This document shows, in pieces, positions 1 to 12,345 of a stretch of DNA of 64,000 nucleotides. A model generated the notes under the pieces. The model saw nothing but the letters and a program-made list of their open reading frames with translations. It had not been told where the DNA came from and did no database searches. Origin of the DNA: the human T2T-CHM13v2.0 reference genome, Homo sapiens. Numbering within the stretch: the stretch's first letter is position 1; every line of letters begins with the position of its first letter. The stretch is taken from assembly GCF_009914755.1 (NCBI RefSeq), contig NC_060931.1; one strand, 5' to 3'. The translations under genes were made by a program, and so were the position numbers.

Positions 1-373
1 GCACCCAGGAAGAGGGCATGCTTATGGGAACGTGGTGAACTCAGGGCGGAGTGGCCAAGTCAACGGGGCCTTGACCATGAAAGCAGTTTGATCCTCTCAA
101 GTATGCCACAAGAAGTCTAAAATCAAAGGATGACAATATGATTTAGAACCACTCATCTAACCTTTGATGCTAACACAGGGGAGAATTATGAAAAGGAATG
201 TATTTTAAACCCTGAAACATAAAGTTGGAATGTGATTCTGAGTCTCCAGTTAAAAAGTCAATAAAAATAGAGAAAACATTAAAAAAGACAAAGAAGGAAG
301 AAATATGCTTTTGGATTGAAAACAAAAAGAATGAACAAACAAAAAACCCCATTTCAATCCCCACCTTACCTAC

Positions 374-643
374 CTTGTAGCGAGGCCTGTAAGTCTTTCA
401 TATTTTGGTCTAAAAGCTGCGAAGGAAGGAAACCTGAGCCTGTCTGGGCCTTGGGGTCTGGCTCTCCCAGGGCCATAGTGGGCACTGGCTCCTTCACTTG
501 GCCGTCTCCAAACACAGCGGCCCACTCTTTGCTGAACTCGCCCTCTTCCAAGGAGGAAGCATTGAAGATCTCACTCAACAGCAGCAGGTCATCTTTGTCA
601 GCACCTTCAGGTTCCGGGGTCCCTGCCACTGGTCCCAGGCAAG
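374..643 (-). CDS. ICA1: ICA1 coding exon (probably exon 13), 270 nt, phase 1-1, (A)CLGPVAGTPEPEGADKDDLLLLSEIFNASSLEEGEFSKEWAAVFGD...MKDLQASLQ(E) (ICA69 C-terminal domain)
   Basis: Within ORF 366..677. Acceptor ttcaatcag|CT, donor AAG|gtaggt. Recognisable ICA69 C-terminal motifs. Confidence 0.97.
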
Positions 644-2198
644 CTGATTGAAGTAACAGAGAACAAAACGTCACCACGGAGGGCTCAAGCCCTCAGGAAT
701 CAATGCTGTGGGGGCTGCGAAGGGGGAGACTGGTTGATGGCTAGATTTAAGAAAAATGTCATCAAAATATAAGTTCATCCTATTATTATAGCCTCTCTTA
801 AGAGTTTATAGAATTAAATTTCGAATCCCATGTTCCCTTGTCCCCTGTCCTCCAAAGCAAGTTCAGTTTCTGGGCATCAGACTCTAGGATTTTGGTTTTT
901 CTTTAATATAAAAACAAATTTACCAAAACATTTCTCAGATATGAAACAAGGCCAAGATTGAAAACATGTTGGAGATCTTAGTTCCTTGTTTGCATAGCTC
1001 CCCAAATCTTCCCACGCAAGCCCTCAATACACATTGCCTGGGCTGGAACAGCAACACGCCATGTGGCAGCCTGTCCTGCCACCCAGGATGGGGAGAGAAC
1101 TTTCACCATGCCCTGGCCCAGGGCACGACAGGGAAGGGGAGGATGTCCAGAAGCTCAACAATGCCCAAGAGAGGCATCCTTACTTCCTTCCCACTTTGCT
1201 GAAACTCCATTGCATGAAGCAAAGGAAAAGTGGGTCTGGTTTGCCTAAGTACCTTTTGCAGCAATAAAATAAAAGGGAAAGAGGCTGCGAGTCAGGGAGC
1301 TTCACAGGCTAGAGACACAGTTCGAGGGGCGTTGAAGCGAGCACCGGATCAGAGGGGAAGCCTCAGGTCCACCCCTTCGCTGCTATGTGACTTCGGTAAA
1401 AACCCTTAGACCCCCTTGAGCCTCTGTTTGCTCATCCACAAGGTTATCATGTTAATAACGGCCACCTCGGTGTTGTCAGGAAGACCAAAAGAAATACACT
1501 TTAAACCTAATTGCCTTTCCAGAAGGAAGGCTTTAAAGAAGGCAGCCATCCTTACATTACGAACATTGGCAGAATACTGAATATTGAATACAAGTAGCAT
1601 TACTATCAGAAATCTTACACCAAGTCCTTTCACTGGGTTTATTACTTATTTTGAGAACCAAAGACTGATGGTGTTATCAACTGTGGCTTTGTGGTGGTAT
1701 CTAACTGCCACTTGGAAACTATAAACATTTTTGTTGTTAATTCACAAAGAGAAGAAAAAAATCATGATTTATGTTTTTTTTCTGAGACATGCTGCAATTC
1801 TGATATGGTCATATTAAATGAGATGACCAGGTTTTCTTCAAATGTATAAGATAATTAGTAAGTAAAGGCTTTTTTTTTTTAAAAAAAAAAGTTCTCTGTG
1901 TTGGCTTTACTGGATCTATTTTCAATCACACTTTACATAAAGATCTAAAGATGAAGGGGATTTCTGATGTGCTGAGCAGACAGGCTATAAATCAGGGAGG
2001 GGAAGAATCTAGTCACTCTCATGTCCCTGTGGTTTAAAAATAGTGGCAAAACATCACTTTAGTCGGACAACTGTCTAATGTAAGCATTCTTATTGTTTGT
2101 GTTATCACAGAAATTCTCACTAAGAGCTAGCCTGTAGGTGTTGTGGGTGAGAAGATGGGGCAAATGGCATTTTAAACAGGCTTCTGAGACAGTGTGAT

Positions 2199-2747
2199 TT
2201 TTTTTAAAATTATTATTATTATACTTTAAGTTTTAGGGTAAATGTGCACAACGTGCAGGTTTGTTACATATGTATACATGTGCCATGCTGGTGTGCTGCA
2301 CCCATTAACTCGTCATTTAACATTAGGTATATCTCCTAATGGTATCCCTCCCCCCTCCCCCCACCCCACAACAGTCCCCGGTGTGTGATGTTCCCCTTCC
2401 TGTGTCCATGTGTTCTCATTGTTCAATTCCCACCTACGAGTTAGAATATGCGGTATTTGGTTTTTTGTCCTTGGCGATAGTTTGCTGAGAATGATGGTTT
2501 CCAGCTTCATCCATGTCCCTACAAAGGACATGAACTCATCCTTTTTTATGGCTGCATAGTATTCCATGGTGTATATGTGCCACATTTTCTTAATCCAGTC
2601 TATCATTGTTGGACATTTGGGTTGGTTCCAAGTCTTTGCTGCTAGTGCCGCAATAAACATACGTGGGCATGTGTCTTTATAGCAGCATGATTTATAATCC
2701 TTTGGGTCTATACCCAGTAATGGGATGGCTGGGTCGAATGGTATTTC
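2199..2747 (-). mobile_element. 5'-truncated primate L1 (L1PA3/L1PA4-like) 3' end with 11-bp TSD
   Basis: ORF 2313..2660 is the ORF2p C-terminus (TWNQPKCPTMIDWIKKMWHIYTMEYYAAIKK). 3'UTR reads GTTAAATGACGAGTTAATGGG (GAG, not the Ta ACA). TSD gacagtgtgat at 2188-2198 and 2748-2758. Confidence 0.93.
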
Positions 2748-3384
2748 GACAGTGTGATATTAACAGGGTAGTTCAGGAACCACTTGAGCCTGCACATGGT
2801 GGGCGAGGCAGGACTGTAAGGTCAGGCAGGTGGCCCACCTCTGTGGATGAAGGCAGGAGCTGAAGGAAAGGAAAGCAACCTTCGCAGCTCAGGATGTGTC
2901 CATCAACACCTGTATCTACGCATGCTCCCCTCTCCAGCATCACCTTTTTAAGGATTATTAACATTACAGAACTCTATACTTCCTACTTTCAGGTAGGACT
3001 GGAATGCCCAAACCCTTTCTTATAGTTTACTTTTTGCCCTGACTGAAACCAGATAATTACTGAACCAAACCTATTCTATTGAAACCAAGTCAAGTCAATG
3101 TGTAGACCCTGGAGGAGCAGATAATTTCAAATGCACCTTGGAAATGACGTATGTTCCTTCTACAGTCGCTTTATACAGCCCTCCACTAAGTCAAACCCTC
3201 AGGGAGGCTTCACTACTTTAGTACAGATGTCTGTCCAGGGAAGATCATCATTAACATTAGCAAGAACAAATAATAAACTGTAAGCCTTCTAAAAATAACC
3301 ACAGACTGTAATAGCTCCATCTTTGTTTTTATTGTTTAGGTTTTGTGCTATGGTGTTTATAATGGACTTTGGTGGTTTTTGCTA

Positions 3385-3880
3385 ACTCAGCATCCCTTCC
3401 CTCTGCTTCTTCAGTTTTCCCTTTGGGAAAATGCCTTCTCCATGTGATCCTGGTGAGATGCCTCTGGAAATGACTCCTTACCCTCCACCCCAGTGAATGA
3501 CTGATGAGGCTGGCCAGAGTCCTCCATCCCCCAGGCATGGTGATTGGCTCAGGGGTGGACACATGCCGGACACCTCCCGGAATTTGGTATATAGAAACTT
3601 AATGGAAGAGGGCCTCTCTTTCTTTGGGATTCCAAGCTCTAAAGATGCAAATTTCAGGCTCCCAGTGATAATGAAGTCAACACATAGAGGGAAACAGCCT
3701 CAAGAAGTGGAGAGAGAATCCTGGCAACATTGTCTAAGCGCCTGGATCCAGCCTTGCTTGAAGCCAATCCACAACTGAGTGTCCCCATTACATGGATCAA
3801 TACATTCTTTTTTGCTTTTAAAAATTTAAACCTAAACTATTTCAAATAGGGTTTTTCTATCACTTGCAATCAGAAAACTT
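3385..3880 (+). mobile_element. Old ERVL-class solo LTR (LTR16/LTR33-like)
   Basis: Motifs tgattggctcaggggtggacacatg and gcctggatccagccttgcttgaagcc; 3' ...tcacttgcaatcag. Boundaries approximate. Confidence 0.6.
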
Positions 3881-5445
3881 TTTACTAATACATATCCTAT
3901 TCAACTCAAACTTTTTAGTGACAGAAAAGAGAAAAGGACCCTTGGTGAGGATATTGCCTACAGCCAGTTCTAAATACAGATTTTGCCTACACTGAGGTCT
4001 ACCAATGAATTTAGCCTTTTATTTGGCTTCTTGATTATTCAACAGCTAACAGGCCACACAGTGCACATTTTCTCTTTTAAGAGAACTTACTACTTAGCTA
4101 AAAGCAATGAAACTGGCACTGACTTGAACCATAAAACACAAAAACCTCCCAATTATTGCACTGATAATTAAGATGCTTAAAATTATTACACATAACACGT
4201 AAGAAAAATCTAACTACAAGTAGAAAAGGACGGGTTCAGGTCTGTAACCAGACAAGTTGAGACTTGAGAAATAGCTCTATAGTCAGTTGGCTCTTGAGAA
4301 TCATGCTATCATTTTCTTTGAAAAAAATTCAACTCAACTGAGAGATAATGGAGACACATGCAGAGATGTGATAAGCTCTTTGGGAGAAACTCTAGTAAGA
4401 AACTCCCAACTGGAGTCAGGGCTTCCACCCATGCAGATGTGGACTGCTTCTGGGTTATGGTGCCCCAATCCTGCTTTTGTGTTAAAGGATGAACAAGGGT
4501 TGAGGATCTCTCAGGTGCCAAACCCACAGATGCTACACCAAGTTCCCTTCACTCTCTTGCAGGCTCCCAAGTCTCTGTGTTTACTTGCTTACCAGATAAC
4601 CTAACTACAGACACTGCTGCAAAAATAAGAGCCAACAGACATGACGTACTCACATCCTCACCTGTCTCCAACTCCGTGACCTTGCAGGCATTGCCTCTCC
4701 TTTCTAAGATAAGCCCTCTCTATGCCCTCCCCTCCTTCCTGAAGCCTGCTCTGTTCCCACCATTATTCAGATCCAGCACCTTTAGTCTTTCATTTTCCAA
4801 TGCTTCCTTCCCCTAGCCGCAGGAGATGTGTGCCTATCTCAACAATAATCAGCCTTCACTTGATGTTGCTCTCCACCCTCCCCTCACACTTTCAAGTTAC
4901 TGTTCTGGTTTCTTCTTCCTTCCACAACCACATACTCTACTTTGGCTCTACTCTTTTCTCAGCTGCCTGTAATTAAGTTCCTGCCCCCACCCTATACTGA
5001 AATAGCTCTCTTGAAGGTCAGCAGTGAGATCCTCATTGCCAGTTCTGAGGCTCTTTTCCCAGGCCTTTACCTGTACAGCATCATTTGTACCACTGCCCAG
5101 CCTGGAAATGCTGCTATCTCCTGGGAGTCCCCATGAGGCGGCTCTCTCGGATGACCTCCCATCTCCCTGACAGTACCTTCTCCACTGCCTCCTCCTATTC
5201 TGGCTGCCCTTAAGGTTTCATCCCAAACCATCATACCTTCCCTACATTCTCTATAGAAGATCTTTTCTATTCTTAGGGTTCCAATGTCACCTCAGAAGGT
5301 TCTCCAATCTCTACCTCCAATTCCAAGTTCTTTCTGGAACTCCAATTGCAAATTCCTGTCTGGGAGCCCTTCTGGGTTTGCCCATTGGTGAAGCTGCTGG
5401 TGCTCCATAGAGGAACCCTCTTACTGTGTATCTTTGCTTAGTCTG

Positions 5446-6103
5446 TGTTATGGTTTGCATATCTGTCCCTTCCAAAACTCATGCTGATATTTAAACCCTA
5501 GTGCGGCAGCTTGAGAGGTGCGGCCTTTAAGAGGTGATTGGGTCATGAGGGCTCTGCCCTCACAAATGGGTTAACCCATTCATGGATTAATGAATTAATG
5601 GATTATCATGGGAGTGGGATTGGTAGCTTCTATAAGAAGAGGAAGAGAGACCTGAGGGAGCACATTCGGCCCCCTCACTATGTGATGCCCTAAGCCGCCT
5701 TAGGACTCAGCAAAAAAGGCCCTCACCAGATGTGTCCCCTCAGAATTGGACATTTTAGCCCCTATAACTCTAAGAAATAAATTCCATTTCTTTCTTTTCT
5801 TTTCTTGTTTTTTCTTTATAGAGTCTCACTCTGTCATCCAGGCTGGAGTGCAGTGGTGCAACCATAGCACTCCAGGCTTGAATGCCTCCTGAGTAGCTGG
5901 GACTACAGGCACATGCCACCATGCCTGGCTAACTTTTAAAACTTTTGTAGAGATAGGGTTTTACTTTGTTGCCCTCTTGGTCTCAAGTGATCCTCCTGCC
6001 TTGATCTCCCAAAGTGCTAGGATTACAGGCATGAGCCCTTTTCCTTATAAATTATCCAGGTGCCAGTATTCTGTTTTATAAGCAACAGAAAGCAAAGTTA
6101 GAC
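5446..6103 (+). mobile_element. MaLR LTR (MST family), interrupted by an Alu
   Basis: Start tgttatggtttg; core ggcctttaagaggtgattgggtcatgagggctctgccctc; resumes ttccttataaattatccagg...agcaacagaa...agaca after the Alu. Confidence 0.85.
5790..6037 (-). mobile_element. AluJ-like element with internal deletions, nested in the MST LTR
   Basis: agagtctcactctgtcatccaggctggagtgcagtgg...caaagtgctaggattacaggcatgagcc. Confidence 0.85.
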
Positions 6104-7427
6104 AGGCTGGCTGTGAGATTACTCATTTACTCAAAGGCCTTCAGTGGCTCCCTGACTACTGGCTAAAGTAACACTCTGTCTAGTGGTATTCAGGATGTCT
6201 GCAGTCAAGCACGAATGCAGCCCTTTCAGCTACCCATCAATATAGCCATCTGGAAAGCCTTCATTCAATTTGGCAAAACTTCTCTACTTGCCATTGCTCA
6301 AACATATTCTGGGAACCTGATGATTTGTCCCAGTGAGAAAAATCATACTTTTTTTTTTTTTTTTTTTTTGCAACCAATAGGAATCTTAGAGATCATCTCC
6401 TCTAACTCACTTTACAGATAAGGAAAAAGACCCAGGTTAAATAACCTACCCAATGACACAAAATTTATTAGTTACAGACAATCTTGCTAGGGACCCCAAC
6501 TCACAGTCAAGGTGTTTTCTCACTGTAGCACTCTGCTTTTACTTCAGAACCTATTAAGGATCTCATGTATAAATTAATATTTAAGCTTTTGTAAAGTGTT
6601 GAGGGTTTCTAAGGTCAGATGGCTCCACTGGCAGCCAGGCACCATGCAGGCACCGTGGCAGAAAGGCTGAGATGACAGATCCATTCAGCATGTTTGCCCT
6701 GTACTGCCCAAGTTTTCAAAAATAAAAACCCTATGCCCCTGGGAGAACATTCCCTAGGAGAACTGATCCTGAACCAATGAGCAATATCTGTGTGAAAACT
6801 CACATAGAGAGGAAGCTCTTTTAAGTTTAGACACGGTGTGGGAAATTGGTGACAGCTCACTCAGGTGGTATTTTTGAACTCATACTGAGTTTCATGACCT
6901 CAGCATAAATTAGAACACAGAAGATGGAAGGAAACATAACTACATAGACCAAAAACGAGAGCACAGAAAAGCTGGCAGATAAATGTCACTTAATTTACCT
7001 TCATCTGCGTGTGAAACAGGAAGACTCCATCTCTCTGGTTTTCTCCCTCGTCCCCACTCTGGACATTATGACTAATCGTAAAGGCCACACGCTTGCAGTA
7101 CAGATGAAAAACCCCAAACACCAACACTATCCTCACATCGCCCAAAGAGAGTAGGGGGAAGATAGGGAGGAAAACACCTTACGAAAATGGCTAACAAGAA
7201 AAACATATTCTATATTATAACAAACTGTACTTGTTTGGAACTCAAGAACACTGCTTCTAAGAACTTCGCTCTGATGAAAAATGATATAGATTATAATAAG
7301 AACAGAGAGAGGAAAAACAACTCCTACTCCCTGAAAAACAAAACAAAACAAAAAACAAACAACAAACCAACAGCACTGGACCCTGAGTAGGCACTAAAAA
7401 AAAAAAATTCTTGTTCATGATCCCTAA

Positions 7428-7838
<411 letters not shown>

Positions 7839-10800
7839 TAGACATCTTTATAAGGGTAAATCTATAGAGAGCACTACAGGCTACAGGATGATCAGCTAAG
7901 AACAGTATTTGGTTAAAAAAAAAAATGTACCAAAGCCAGCAGTACATCCCAGGATGCTGAGGAAGACAGAGAGGAGGGAAAGTTCATGAGAAAAGAGAAG
8001 GCGCTTTTTAGAACTTGCCACTTCGTATGCGAGGAAGCAGTCAGATCCCTAGTCAGTAATATATGGACAACTGCAGGAGACAATTCTGAGTGACTCAGGA
8101 GGAACTCAGAGGTAAACATGTATGACTGCTGTGGGCTAAAAGTTTTCACCCACACCTATGGTACCTACTGAATGAGCTATTATTCTGACATGTGACCACA
8201 ATTTAGAATCACAAGTCTAGAAGTAGTAACCAAGGAGGTAGCAGGAGATAAACATTTTATTTAGAATATAGACAATTAAAATTGTTTTAATTGGCTTAGT
8301 CTTGTCCTGGAGAGGGATCTTTTGGGTAAGGCCAACTTATGAGACTTAGGTGAGTTGAATTCATTGAACTGTCTTCTGCTTTGTAACACCACTTTTTTGT
8401 TCAGGTATCTGCTATTCATTTTTCTTGGCCCAATTTTGGGAAACACAAAGATTTCTCCATGTTATAATTAACGAATTGAGGTCAGATTGCCACATGTGGT
8501 CATAAGGCAGTTTGAGAGCCACTTTCACGTGTCTCAAAATGTCACTAACTTTTTTACTTAAAACAGTTTTATAAACTGTGGTCAAATATTGGTTTTCCAT
8601 TATATTAGCTATTTAGTAGGAGAAAGCCAATGTCATTACGACACTGAATGGGGGTGATCTTCTGGGCAATGGCTCTTTGAGAATCGTTGCTGTTGTCACG
8701 AGCGGTCTGCTTTTTGATAACATTGTACCACGGCTTAGCCATTACTTGTCTAACAGAATTACCACAGGGAGTGAACCGGCCCCCAAGCAGCAGGGTGCTA
8801 GAGCTTATCGTCCCCAAGTCCTATAAAGTCAGCCATCCCTGGATTAAGCTCTTTTTATTTCTTGACTGTTTAATGTCGTGCATATTGTAATCAGCATTTT
8901 AATTCAGGATTTGGGCCTTCCAGCAGTTTTCCAAAGGGCACACATTTTGAAGTCAACAAATTAATGAGTGTTCTTTTCTTCAGTCACCACAAGTTCTCTG
9001 TGCACTGAGAGAATATTTTTATTCTACCGACCACGTTAATATTTAAGCCGACGCTACCCTATGGGTTGACAACATAGAAGCAGAGGCAGACAGTGGGGCA
9101 GCACTGCTCATGCCTGAAGAAGGGCTGTGTGGGTTGGCAGTGAGAAAGAGAAAAGACAAATTATGTGACATTAACTTTAACTGAGACAATGTGCAAACCA
9201 ATACTTCTGCCTGAGAACAACTACACATTTTAAGGGACCAGCACATTAATATCCCTATCTTTACAATTACATAGAGTGCTCAAAAAAGGGGGTATGGACT
9301 GCTAGTCTACAAAACTAACAAAGATCCTAACTATAAACCAATGAAATATGAAAGTTGTTTTAAATAAGCAGACAAGTGTCAATCTCATTCCAACATATCT
9401 TGGCACATGCTTTCGAGGAAGTTTATAAAAGTAAGCATCTATCGCAGGCAGTGCCATTTCTGATTTAATTCTGTGAAAAAATGCATGACTACTGGGTTAG
9501 GGTTGTACCTTTACCGCCAAGTTAAAAAAAATTAAATTCTAAAGCCAAGAACCTTTTTTTTTTTTTTAGAAAGAGGGAAACAAAATACAGACTCGTATTT
9601 GCTGTGTCTGGGTAAACAAACACTAAGATACACTGGGGGATGGAAGTATTAGAATAGGGAGGGGGTTAAGGAAGAGGAATGAGAGTGAGGATTCTTTTAC
9701 TGTGTATTTTTTTATTATAAGTCGGCTTTTGTCCCAGTGTGAATGTACTACCTAGTCAAATTCAAACACTAAAATAATAAAATTAAAGAAGGTGATAATA
9801 AAAGCAAAGAGCAAATTATATAAACAAGATGTTGGGAATGAAAGGAATAACAGCCTTCCTATCAAAGTAAGTTAAAGCACGTGAAGGATTATAAATACAT
9901 TTGTTTACTGGTAAGACTTGTTGAAACTGGGTGGTGGGTACCTAGGTTTGTTCTATTATTGTCTTTACCTGACTTTGGTAAGAATAAAATATTTATCCCC
10001 TCCAAAAAATAATTTGTGAAAGACACCTTTATTCTATCAAAATAATCTGTTCTTAAGCCAAAGAGGAAAATGTTTTACAAAAATGGACACCATGTATGGC
10101 AATCTACATTAACTGCTTATTACTTCCACTACCTGGTATGATTTCAATATTTATAAATGATTAGTCATTTTGATAAAATATTCATGGGCATTCACACAGT
10201 ACTGCATAGTATGCTACCTGTCGTAAGACAGTAACAGGGAAAGCAGATATCTGTCCTCAAGTTTATATCCCTAAACCCTGAAAACTTAATGCTAGAGGTG
10301 CGGTGCCTTTCTACTTTTGACAAAACTTTAACCAATGTCCTCTGTCTTCCAGAGACTCTCTTCCTTGCACACTCTGTAAATTAAATCAACATCAAGCCCA
10401 GACTGAACTGAGTTGTCTGCCCTGGTTGACTGGGGCCTGCAGGATAACTTCGGCCAGTCTGTAGTCCTGTGAGAAATCTGTAAAGCCAGGGCAGGCTGCA
10501 TGCCAACCACCAGGGCATGGGATGCTCTGGAGTTTGGCTCTAAATTTCAGGTGTATTTTGGACTCTTGGTACATCATTAAAAGGAAACCCTTGGTCAGAT
10601 GGAGAGCTAAGGCTATAATTAGGCTGAACCCTCTCAATGTCTTAGGATTACTTAACACTCTACATTCTCACTCAAATCCATGGTTCTGGATTCTCTTTTG
10701 GGAGGTTATTTCATAAGTGATTTTAGGTTTGGTAAATTCAGGTGTGCGACTTAACTAAGCAAACTCTCCCTCTGCATCTACCTAAGGGTCAGTAGAGACT

Positions 10801-11341
10801 TAGTACAGTAAATCACCCACAAAACATTACTAGTCCTACTATCTCAACTCATGACCATTTGACATAACCCTGTGTTAGAGGCCATCAAGGACCCCTTACA
10901 CACGATCTCCAGTTCTGACAATAACCCACCAAGGCCGTTGCTATTGTTTCCATTTTACAAATGAGAATAACCCAGGCTTAGAGAGTTTAAGTATGAAGCA
11001 AATCACTTAAAATACAGGCCATTTATGGTAAAACCAGTCTTTAAATCCACGTGTCTGATTCTGAAAGCCATGTTTTTTCTACTACAGCATGTGACCCATG
11101 ACATAACTTTTAGCTATAGTAGTTTGAACATTATGAAATTCATTATACTAATGATGATAGGTCTACACATACTATTTTGTGCTTGGGCATATTTGAGGTC
11201 ATTTATAAAGACTGTCACCCAAAAAACTTTCCTTTGGAATGCAAAGCTATTAAAAAGATTAAGATTACACTTTCTTACATGTAAAAGAGTAATTTAAAAA
11301 ATCAAACAAATCATAATCCCAAAGAAACACATAAATCTTAC

Positions 11342-11383
11342 CACCTTCCTCAGATTTCATGTCTAATAGTTCATCTATGGGTC
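11342..11383 (-). CDS. ICA1: ICA1 coding exon (probably exon 12), 42 nt, phase 1-1, (G)PIDELLDMKSEEG(A)
   Basis: Acceptor ttctctaaag|GA, donor GTG|gtaaga. Preceded by a 103-nt intron (11384-11486). Confidence 0.95.
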
Positions 11384-11486
11384 CTTTAGAGAAGAGGAAA
11401 GAAAACAAAATTATAAGTCAGTTTCATTTTGTGAGGAGTTTGAGTCAAATAATTAAAATTGAGTAGTTTTCCTTAATCTAGGTTAC

Positions 11487-11549
11487 CTGAGCATGCAGTA
11501 TGTGTAGAGCCTTTGTCTAAGGCAGATAAAATACTTTTTCCATCTTCAG
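11487..11549 (-). CDS. ICA1: ICA1 coding exon (probably exon 11), 63 nt, phase 1-1, (T)EDGKSILSALDKGSTHTACS(G)
   Basis: Within ORF 11473..11661. Acceptor ttatattacag|CT, donor CAG|gtaacc. Confidence 0.96.
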
Positions 11550-11879
11550 CTGTAATATAACATGTGCAACTGGTTACCAACAACTCGAAATGGTGTGCAT
11601 GTTCATACGCTATTGCAGTGTAAGGTAAATGCACGGCTTCAGGAAGAAATGGGATCCACAAACTCAGCCAGAAGCAAGGGTCCTCAGATTACACTGGACT
11701 CCTGCTATTAGCTCTCAGAGAATGCCAAATTAACAGCCCTGAATCTTTGCTTTGTTTGGCAGATAACCTGAAAACCATATGACATCGATCTAACAATTCT
11801 CCTTCCATGGACAAGTGTGTGACTTAAGTAACTGACTATTACTTGATGATGCTGATGAACTTTAGCCATATGGGCCTGG

Positions 11880-12345
11880 CTAAAATGAAAAGGTAGATTA
11901 CTAAGTGAAAGAAGTCAATCTGAAAAGGCTACACATTGCATGATTCCAATTATACGACATTTTGGAAAAGACAAAACTATGAGGACAGTAAGAAGATCAG
12001 CATTTGCCAAAGGCTTGAGGGGAGGGAGGGATGAATAGTGGAGGACACAGGGGTTTCAGGGCAGTGAAACTGTTTTGTAAGGTCCTATAATGGTAGATAT
12101 ATATCATTATACATTTGTAATGCCCACAAAATGTATAACACCAAGCGTGAATGCTAATGTAAACTATGGACTTTGGGTGATAATGATGTCAATGTAGGTT
12201 TATTGACTATAACAAATATACCACCTGGTGTAGGATGTTAATAGTGGGAAAGGCTATGTATATGCTGGGGAAAGGAATCTATGAGAAATCTCTGTACATT
12301 GAGCCTAACTTTGCTGTGAACCAAAAACTATTCTAAACAATAAAG
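11880..12345 (+). mobile_element. Old L1M (L1MC-like) 3' UTR
   Basis: ctaagtgaaagaagtcaatctgaaaaggctaca...taaactatggactttgggtgataatgatgtcaatgtagg...aataaag. Confidence 0.8.

Noticed and set aside
316-651. 111-aa plus-strand ORF
   Set aside because: Antisense shadow of the ICA1 exon, with a non-ATG start.
1870-1890. Poly-T/poly-A palindrome as a terminator or hairpin
   Set aside because: Common mononucleotide junction; intrinsic terminators do not apply to Pol II introns.
2313-2660. 115-aa ORF
   Set aside because: C-terminal remnant of L1 ORF2p running into the 3' UTR of a truncated element.
4662-4748. 87-nt AG..GT-bounded segment as an in-frame cassette exon
   Set aside because: Contains an in-frame TAG in phase 1 and has a purine-rich acceptor.
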